Position numbers and translations under genes: made by a program. A DNA stretch of 64,000 nt from Marsupella aquatica (taxonomy: Eukaryota; Plantae; Marchantiophyta). The notes beneath the pieces are model-generated. The model was not told the DNA's origin. It searched no databases and saw only the letters and a program-made list of their open reading frames with translations. Below are positions 55,501 to 64,000 of the stretch, piece after piece (positions within the stretch are counted from its first letter, which is position 1; each line of letters starts with the position of its first letter). The stretch covers positions 2,811,455 through 2,875,454 of the forward strand of contig OZ316899.1 of NCBI GenBank assembly GCA_973895155.1, written 5' to 3'.

Positions 55501-56696
55501 ATTCCAAGAGAAATCAAGTTCTTTTTCATGTCAGGTATGTGTCTGACATTACTCACTGTTCGCACAACTCCATCAAACATCCGAATTTTCACGGATCCAA
55601 TTCCAATAATTTGACAAGGATGATCATTCCCCATCAACACGGAACCGGTTGATACTGAGTAAGAACTAAAAAACTCTTTCATACAACAAATATGATAGGT
55701 ACAAGCACAGTCTAAAATCCATTCATCACCGTTGTTACTGGATGAAATGCAAAGGGCAACATCTTGACTTCACAAGATTTCATCATCAAGCAAGTCAATC
55801 ATATCAACATCAGTGGCTGCGTTCGCTGATGGTTGATGTGTCTGCTTGACTCGACAGTCTCGTTTCATGTGGCCAGGCTTGTTACATTTCCAGCATATAA
55901 TTGGTTTCCTTTCTAGAGATTTCTCTCTAGACCTGGATCTAGACTTAGACCGAGCCTTCTCCTTGCCTCTATTCCGTGAGGGGTACGTTTGTGAAAAGGA
56001 CCTATTTTTGCTAGTCATCCGCTGTTGAGTCCTCCCACGGTTCACATTCAATGCACTGCCAGATGAAGATGGTGTTTGGGTATGACCCAGTTTCTTCTGT
56101 GCATCATCTGACAGCAACGAGCTTACCACCTCATCATATGAAATAGTTTTGAGGTCTCTATACAAGAGAACCTGCTTCAAACCTTGATACGATGGGGGTA
56201 AGGAGCTGAGAAGAAGCAATGCCTTATCTTCATCTTCCACTCCCTTGCCAAGATTTGATAAATCTACAGCCAGGCTGTCGAATTCATCCAAGTGATCTCG
56301 AAGCTTGCCTCCTTCTTTTAGCCTCAAGCTCATCAAGAGAGACTTCTTGTACAACTGATCTGAGGCATCCTCTCGGTAGTACTTCTCTCTGAGGGCCTTG
56401 AATAAGGATACGCAATCCTTATAGTCGTCCAGCTTCTTAATGATATGCGGCTTCAGATACAGCATAACCGCATTCACAGCAATCACTTGCTCTTGCCTCC
56501 ATTTCCTCAATGGGATCTCTTCCTCACTGCTAGACTCCTCCCGAGTCGATAGCAGATGATCTAGGCCCATAGCACGAAGAATTCCCTTAACCTGCTTCTC
56601 CCATAGCAAATAATCTGTGCGCCCATCATATTTTTCCACCTCAAACTTGACACCTCCAAACTTGGATGCCATCGTTGTCCTCCCAACGTTCTCCAC
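52537..56696 (-). pseudogene. pol: Element H gag-pol with nonsense and frameshift lesions
   Basis: 55770-56696 gag (CWKCNKPGHMKRDC), WILDCAC protease, 55005-55682 GAG-pre-integrase, 53445-54971 IN-RT (SDNGGEY, KARLVAKGF, YVDDM), 52537-53319 RNase H (CDSQSA, KHIDIRYHF). Stops at 55770 and 55005; frame break near 53445. Confidence 0.95.
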
Positions 56697-58544
56697 GTGC
56701 TATTGCTGTGCTGCTCCCTATATGCTTTTTCCTTCCTTCCTTCTCGTTGACTCAAATCCAAATCACGAAAAAATATCGTTTTTCACAACTTTCCAAAAAA
56801 CTTGAAACTTGTCACTGCCACGTAGCCCACCAGCCTAGCAAGCCAATGCTGAAATCCAAAATTGAAATCGAGTTCCGACGAAAAACTTTTTCACGTTTCG
56901 GTCGGGGTGGGTAAAACTCAAAAAATTCTCCCCTGTTTTGACCACCTCGGGGAATAAGAAAAATTTTAAGTACCACCCGTCGTCAGAAATGCAAATCGAG
57001 TGGTGCACCGCGTTGCTAGCTTCAGTGGCTACGTCCTCGCCAAAAAAGATCCGAAAAAGTTACCATTCGGACCTTGGAATCTTCAACTAAAGGCCGAAAA
57101 ACAGCTCTCTGTTTTTTCGGAATATTCCTTGGACTGTGCGGCAGGTCTCACAGGGGGCCGTTCCCCCTGTCGGAGCGGTTAAATTGCCGGGTGACCGGGC
57201 CCGGGATGTCGTTTAACCAATGGGAAGAGAGAATGAGAATTAAAATTTGGACCTTAAGGGGGTGCTAAGCCCCTTAGTAAAAATACAGCCTTAAAAGGCG
57301 CACACACGTCGCCCATACGCGTGACGGGCCAGGCGGAGTATGGCGTGAGGGAGGCGCAAATACGCGCTCCTATACGCGCGCCAAGGAGGGCACGAGGCCC
57401 TATGGAGCATTAATGAGGGGGGTATGCCAAGGGTCGCGAGGCGTGGGAGGATAACCGCTGACGAAGGGGGAGGGAGAGGTAAAATGGCTCGCGAGGGGGG
57501 GAAGGTTGGGCAGGCGAGTGCCAAGTGTGGGCACGAGGCCCTATGAACCGTTAATAGCCCACAAGGGAGGAGGAGGCGCATGGCAAGGCGAGGCGAGAGG
57601 GGAGGTGGGGCACGATGCCCTATGGAGGATTTAAGAGGGGGGGTGAGGTGTCGCAAAGGCAGGAGGGAGGGAGGAGGCGTGATAGGCTCAGGAGGGGGGG
57701 GGCGTATACAGGGTGTATACTCGCGCCCAAGGGGGGGTGGTGGCTTATACAGGGCGGCAGGGGTATACAAGTGCCCCCCAAAACCCCTAAAAGCCAAAAA
57801 AAAAAAATTTAAAAATGCCTCAAACAAAAATGTCGGGAACACACCTTGTCGCCGCCTTTTCCAACAAGAAAAGTGATCACCGCCGACGGGAAAAAGTTGC
57901 CAAATTTCACCGGCGCCGTCAGCAGCACCAGAAAGGGAAAAAATTTCCGTCACGTTGCCTTCACTCCGCGTCAAGTGCCAATCCCGGACTCAAAATGACC
58001 GCCTCACCGCGATCTCTCCTTTAAGCCGTAGCACTTCACGAATCTTCCTCTGAGTCGGACGTAACGACAAGAAACCCCGCTTCAGTCAAAAGAAGACTTC
58101 ATAGCCGGTCAGAAACTCAGAACGGCTCTTTTGCTCGGAACGTCGCACTCGCTACACCTTCGATAGTAGACCAGCTACCAAAACGATCAGCTTTGCCCGA
58201 TCTACGATTTGAGCTATAGTATGTGACGCCTCGCGCACCACTAAGCTCACACCGTCGGGAAAACGATCTTAGTTCCCCCCCAAAAGAACCGTCGAAGAAA
58301 ACCGTCGAACACGAATCACAAAAAATCCAGAACGACGGAAACGTGAATTCCTCCGCACCACGAACTCCGTTCAGAGATTTCTTTGCACCGTCGGAAAGCC
58401 CTTGCCCCGATCTATTCGTTGAGCCCAACACCTCCAAGTTCCATGCGATAGATCTCCGTGAAATCCACCAACTCTAACCGCTGGAAAAACCGTCACCAAC
58501 ACGTCACGAAAATTTTGATCACCTCAATGTCACCTCCCAGGCTT

Positions 58545-58556
58545 GCTCTGATACCA
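58545..58556 (-). other. PBS of element H (tRNA-iMet)
   Basis: TGGTATCAGAGC, 2 nt from the LTR end. Confidence 0.95.
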
Positions 58557-58558
58557 AT

Positions 58559-58889
58559 TGTTGAACTAAGACGTCATTCGCAACGACCATACAACCATGA
58601 CTTATTCCATGCACACGTAGTCGACACAATCTCTACGTGGTTCACCTCTTCTCCAAGGCTACGTCCACACGAACACTCAAGCTTTACTTCAAGAGTAAAC
58701 GAACACACATGCTCTCCCTCTTCCTCAAGTTGCTCCATTACAAAAATGAGTAAGCACCACTCACCAGCGGCTTACACTAGCCCATATACAAGGTCACACA
58801 CGACTAACCTAACCTCAGCTAAGACCCTAACTGTGGTTAGCCTAAGTGCCGTAACCTTTGAGTCACAAGACTAAGAGCAATCCTTAACA
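58559..58889 (-). repeat. Element H 5' LTR
   Basis: Direct repeat of 52002-52332. Confidence 0.97.
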
Positions 58890-61800
58890 GGTCGGCGGCA
58901 CCAAAGAAGCCAGCAGAACAACAGAGCAGGAGGGAAAGAGAAGCCGAGGAGGAGGAGGTTGACCCCATCAATGCCATTCCAACAAACGATGACACCTGGA
59001 AAGGCTGGGCGGCGACCCTACCGGAGGAAGTGCAATTACACTTTGCACGGGAGGAGGATGCATGCTTTATAGCCATGCAGACCAAGAAGTACCAAGGCTT
59101 CATGGCCGGATCCCGCTTGGAAGTCTTCGTAAGATTACCATGGTTGAAGCCGGAGGTGCCAGACTCAGACTTGTTAGAATTCGTGGGATCATGGGAACCC
59201 GAGACCAATTCCACGAGGGTGTATGGGAAGGATTTCTATCTCACTCCCCGGGTGATTGCTGAAGTGTTTGGCTTGCCGATGGGTAATAAGACCAAGGTTG
59301 ATACCAGGAAGATCTTACCTGACAAGGAGTTTTGGTCGTTCCCAGGACCATCAACAAAGAATGGCTTCTTCCGGAACACCTGCACCAACCCGCACATCGG
59401 AGAGATGATCGATTTCTTGCGGGTGACCATGCACTGTAACTTGCCGAGGGCAGGGATCGGCAAGGCTCAGGTCTACCTGGCAGAAAGGCCAGACCCAAGC
59501 CGGGATTACAACGGGTACCTCCTCAACCAACTGAAGAAGATCTTGAAGGAGGAACAACAGGTGATCGGCGTGGGAAGCGTGTCCCGGCTTGGCTATCACA
59601 TGCCGCTGTTGTGCCGGTATGCCATAAGTCAAATCTTTGCCCCAGTACTTCCCCTATCGACAAGAGCACCGGAGGAGGTCCCGGAGCAAAGGCCGGCACC
59701 AGAGAAGCCCAACCAGCCCGACAGTCCGACGATCGAGCAGGTGTTTAGACCAAGGAAAGAAGACTTGTTGATGCAGCAATCAGGCATGCAGAATCTGCTG
59801 AAATTGCTGGAGAAGGAAAGGAGAAGGGTTCCGGCAACGGCAACAAAACCGACACCGATACAGGACGCTGCCCCAGAAGCCGACCTAAGCCGGCTTACAA
59901 GGGAAAACCCCTTTACTGGAGTCAAGGAGAGAGGGAGGCCGGAACACGAGCCGGGAGTCCGGATGTATGTAGGAGCCTCAAGTCCCGAAGCCGAGGAAAA
60001 GCAAGCCGTAGCTCCCAGCCACGACAAGGAGAACAAGAGATCAACACGGAAGCCGGAGGAGGAACCAAGACCGGTGAGAGGTGAAGCCGTGTTCACAACA
60101 AAACCAGGAGAACAGCGGGAGAAGCCGGTAGTCCAAGCCGAGGAGGAGGCGGTAGAGGACTACAACAATGATGACTCCGGCTACGGGTCGAATCATCATG
60201 TTCCAGGAGTAAGGACCTGAGGCCGGTTCATCCCCACGCTCCCAAGAGTAGTTCGAGGAGACCCAAGCCAGCAGAGCAGCCCCGAGTCTCCCCCACCAGA
60301 TGTCGCTCCCCCGAGCTTTGACGGCATAAAATAGACGGCGCAAGAATTTCAGGAGCAAATCAGGGAGGAAGAGGAGGCAGCCCTGGCTAGGGAAAAGGAT
60401 TTACGAGGAGGAGAATGGCCAGAGGACATCAGGCGGCTTGCAGAAAAAAAAAGCAACCCTCTTGCCACCGTAGAAGAAATCCGCAAGACGGCTTGGGAGC
60501 ACAGGCCGCGGTGGTTGATGCCGATGACTTCTAGTTACTCCACCTATGCTAAGGATAGAGCCATGGAGTACGGGGAAATGTGTGGAGAGCTGACGCTCAG
60601 CATCTTTGGGGAGGAGTTGGAGCAAGGACCCTTTTTCCAGAGGGAGATGTTGGAGAAGCGCCAATTAGAAGAAGCGGTGGCTTTGGAAAGAAGCAAGAAG
60701 GACGAGGTCATCCGTCGGCTTAGGGCAAGAGAAGCCAAAATCAAAGACCTGGGGGCGGCCAAAGAAAGCCCAAGATGAGCTGCGGATTAAGCGACATGAG
60801 CTAAATATCATGCAAGGCCAATTGGATACCGCAGTCTGATAATCGGATTATCGAGAATAACCTGACTCGAACCCAAGGAGAGTTGGCCGATGCGATCAAG
60901 GAGCGGGAGAAGTGGAAGCGAGAGCTGAGGGATGCAGAGGAGACCCACATAACGGCCAACAACCGGGTCATGGCGGAGACCCAGAGAAGGGAAAGGGCAT
61001 TGAAGGGGGAGCTCGAGGTTATCCGCGGAGCCCTTGAGAAGAAGGAGGCCGAGTTAGGGAAATCCTATCAAGGGATTATTGCGCTGCAGCAGGAGCTTGC
61101 GTCCCTGACGGCCAACTTCAAAGCCGACCTGCGTGAGAAGGACAATATGCTCGATCAGACTTACGCCAAGATGAACCAAATGGAGTCTGTCATCATTGCA
61201 GAGCTCGACAAGGAGTTAAGAGCGACCCAGGAGGAGAGAGCTGCGTTTAAAAAGGAATTGGAAGAAGCCCAGAAGGAGTTGGAGGACGCGCGCAAGGACC
61301 TGGACGAAGTGCAGGAGGAGTTGGAGGAAAGCACACGGAAGCTAGAGAACTTACAATGACGAGCCGACAACCAAACGGAGTGGCTGAAGAAACAAGCCGC
61401 AGTATTTAAGTGCTTGGCTTCATCAGGGCCAACTCAAATTGAGGCCACTAAGTTACCAGGAGTGGTACTGGCCGAAGGACAAACCGCGCCATTTGCACCA
61501 GTGCTGGAAGTAAGTGAGAAGGGGAAGGGGCCAGCTGCCGAACCAGAAAAGAAGAAGAAACGGAAACCTTCAGGGTCAAGGAGTAATACGGCTCCACAGG
61601 CCGTGGTGACCATGGAGATAAACCCAGCACCGACCTCAGGCAAGATTACGGCAGAGGATCCAACTACCCTAGAAGGGGATGACAAAGCCAAGGCCAGGAT
61701 ACTCGGTAAAGCCGAGGTACCCAATCTGCCACGTACTTAAGTGTGTAGGGGAGGCCGTAGCCGAGGCTGAGGCTGTAGCCGAGGCTGATGTTGAAGTCGA

Positions 61801-62859
61801 TATCGTAGCCGATGCCGGGGGTGGACCCAGTCAGGCCGATGGAGAGTTGACTCAGTCGAGGACAGGTAATCTGTCAGAGAACGAACCTACGGCAGTGGCT
61901 GAGGAGGAAGCATTGGGGGCGTCCACTGAGGGACAGACACCACTGCCATGACGGTGGTGGAGGGCCGCTCCTTTCAAGGAGGGCGGACGTGGAGGGAGGA
62001 GGCGTGAGTGGGCAGGGCGGGCTCAGATCTCTAAGTTTAGGATTAGGATCAGGACCAGGAGGCGGCCCTGACACTTAGCTTAGTGGGATTGCGGTTCCAC
62101 TGGTAAGAGCAACACTTGTACTCCTACCTCGCTGTACATAGGTAGATTCAGTTAGGTAGATTAGGCTTACGCTGCAAAGAATTAGGCGGATCCACTACCA
62201 GGATAAGTACCTGGGCAGCGGGGAGCTCAGGGCCTCTTCTTTAGCAAGTTTTTAGTTGCACCAGCCGGGCTCGGATCAAGTAGTAAGAGAAGCTCTCGGT
62301 TAGTCATACAATGACCCTTGTGTATATTCATGTTTCCTCATGCCTAAGAGCTGAATAGAGTTGGCCTCACGGCTTAGTTCGCAGAGCTTGTGTATGAGAT
62401 GTACTGTTTGTATGGCAAGTGCATGGTATGACTCAGTCAGAAGGAGTCATTTTGCTATTTGTGTGTCGCATTAACTTGTGTGAAGAGTGCCCACATCAAC
62501 TAATAGATGAAGGAAAGTAAGCAAGGGAGTGAGAGTTGGATGTGTCGAGCTGAGAGAGGTCTTAGCGGCTTAACCAAGCCTATTGGGGATCATTCCGGCG
62601 GCGGAATCCAAATATACCTAACAAGAAGGAGGGGAAGACAAGGGAAGGCCTAGATTAGGCCGGCTACGTATCTCATGACCCGATGAAGGATCTGTCCAGT
62701 ATATGTGTGTAAAATGTTAATAGTAGTAGTAGAGGGAGGTTAGCAACGTCCCATGCCACTAAGCCGCGAAAACGGCCTCGCCAAGCGCGAAACCTGCGGG
62801 AATCGGCTTGTGAAGGGGGTTTCTGGGGTTTAGGGAGCCATGGGACGCACCACAAAGGC

Positions 62860-63103
62860 GGTAACACGAAGGCTTAGAATTCCGTGAGCCGGGGTTGACC
62901 CCATGTCAACTAAGGTACGTTCCGGCGGTGGAACACAAACTATACCTAGGAGGTGTCTGTACATAACAGTAAGCGCACTTAGCGCTAGTTTACATGAGTT
63001 AGGAGCATTCTGTGCATCCCTCCCTGCCCAAACCCTCATATTTACGAAGGATGTGCCTGTCTAAGCCAAAGCCCAGGTTAAGGCCTAGGCTGACGACGTG
63101 ACA
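62860..63103 (+). repeat. LTR fragment G, right part, ending GCTGACGACGTGACA
   Basis: Reverse complement resembles 24955-25200 of solo LTR E. Confidence 0.8.
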
Positions 63104-64000
63104 CTTTTGCTGCTATTGAGTGAGCTCCCTACCAAACCAGCAATTGATTGGAGTGCCGTGACTCCTGGTGTGGTTGTGGTGGACAACCGTGTTGGTGTTT
63201 TTACATTGGTTGGCCCTAGTGGCACGGTGTATGTGCCACCACGTGTATTGTTGGATTCAGATGCACTGTCTAGGGATTGGGCTTGAAGAAGGCTGATGTG
63301 GAGCCTTGCCCATTTCAAAGTCATACATCTCTTGGTGTACAAGAGAAGGCACAACACATGATGCGGAAAATCTCACTATGAGGTTAAATCCCCACCGTAT
63401 TGGAGATGATTTTGCCTTGAAGGTGAGAGTCGTTGTCACACCTGCAGAGTCTTATGATGTTTTGGTAGGAGGAGCCGTCCTTTACCTTATGGGCTTTGTG
63501 TTGAATTACTGGCAGGAGATCGTTCACTATCAACCAGGATGGCAGTCTGCTGGTGGTAGGAAGTGTGAGCTGCCAATACACTACTTCTTACATTGGACTG
63601 AGCCGTCACTAGAGAAGGTGATCAGTTTGTCAACTTGTGCCGGAGCTATCACCTGGCCAGGTGAGCTCTTGGAGGGTGATGCCCATGCTACAAACAACCT
63701 TGTATCAGAGGAGTTGCATAGCTTTTCAGGTGACCATGACATTCCTATTGTACCACAGGTATGGGGTTCCACTCATGAGTTATAGCAGCATGCTGATTTG
63801 TATGTACAGGCAACATGGAGTGAACCATTTGCCCCTTTAAAGAGCCACGTGTGGTAGATGGCATTCCCAATTTGAATAATGTGTCCCTGTTGGACATCAC
63901 TCTCATTTTGTGGACATACCCTGCTAAGGGTATTCGGTTGTTGGAGTTGTTACATGACATGAGCATTGGTTTAGCTATTGTTTTACATTTTGGTATTAGA
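63104..64000 (+). pseudogene. Old Gypsy-type polyprotein remnant: retropepsin-like region followed by a possible C5-methyltransferase motif I
   Basis: PPRVLLDSDA (degenerate DSG motif) and YDVLVGGAVL; the last 72 nt translate GIRLLELLHDMSIGLAIVLHFGIR. Confidence 0.55.

Larger units (their letters stand above)
52002..58889 (-). mobile_element. Element H: full-length Ty1/Copia, Tork (Tnt1-like) lineage
   Basis: 331-bp LTRs with 3 mismatches seen; TSD GGTCG at 51997-52001 and 58890-58894; PBS TGGTATCAGAGC; PPT at 52333-52343; gag-PR-IN-RT-RH order. Confidence 0.97.
40297..62854 (+). mobile_element. Element C: complete Ty3/Gypsy element of the B family with 4.7-kb LTRs; 3' LTR interrupted by Copia H
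   Basis: TG...CA termini; perfect TSD AAGGC at 40292-40296 and 62855-62859; PBS, gag-PR, pol and PPT present. Confidence 0.97.
51215..62854 (+). repeat. Element C 3' LTR in two pieces (51215-52001 and 58890-62854), containing a disrupted copy of the LTR ORF
   Basis: Colinear with the 5' LTR once Copia H and one GGTCG copy are removed. Confidence 0.95.

Noticed and set aside
57291-57974. 227-aa Pro-rich ORF in the H leader
   Set aside because: It is a by-product of a C-rich low-complexity strand, with no motif or homologue in the window.
4650-61724. Numerous 60-250 aa antisense or alternate-frame ORFs overlapping gag, pol and the LTR genes (e.g. 17551-18078, 19942-20601, 40744-41403)
   Set aside because: Shadow ORFs expected from codon bias of the coding strand; they recur only because the parent sequence is repeated.
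10323-62854. Apparent preference for inserting into LTRs (A in B, H in C, C in G)
   Set aside because: LTRs make up about 60% of B/C element length, so three events are compatible with chance.

Overview
Plant-type repeat region with no recognisable host gene; a non-seed land plant is plausible but cannot be proven here. The window is a stack of nested LTR retrotransposons plus one ~6.8 kb non-LTR gene cassette. Left block: non-chromovirus (Athila-like) Ty3/Gypsy element A (minus, 1-10322) sits in the 5' LTR of related element B (plus, 10323-21637). B sits in the RT of a Bianca-like Ty1/Copia D (minus, 21638-29309), which sits in the RT of an old Gypsy F (29310-32329). A 4.0 kb solo LTR E (24955-28952, TSD GTTTC) interrupts the D leader. 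Right block: complete element C (40297-62854, TSD AAGGC, same family as B) is inserted in an E-family LTR fragment and carries a full Tork-like Copia H (52002-58889, TSD GGTCG) in its 3' LTR. Two systems stand out. (1) At 33.2-40.0 kb, a degraded 4-exon gene (~1125 codons, minus) encodes an N-terminal ParB/Sulfiredoxin-like domain and a C-terminal beta-class N4/N6 DNA-methyltransferase-like domain. It is surrounded by about 14 copies of a 15-bp palindrome, TAGCGCCNGGCGCTA, that lie in non-coding segments, with exactly one in each of its four intron units. This looks like a ParB/parS-like self-recognition module. (2) Three Gypsy LTR families have giant LTRs (3.8-4.7 kb) that each contain an 800-1200-codon gene sharing a conserved ~150-aa domain and a coiled coil, and one persists as a solo LTR. 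Also found: a conserved -1 frameshift signal between PR and RT in B and C, a half-tRNA-Ile PBS in D, and a possible C5-methyltransferase motif I downstream of a Gypsy protease at the window end. All family assignments come from motif recognition by eye, not database searches.
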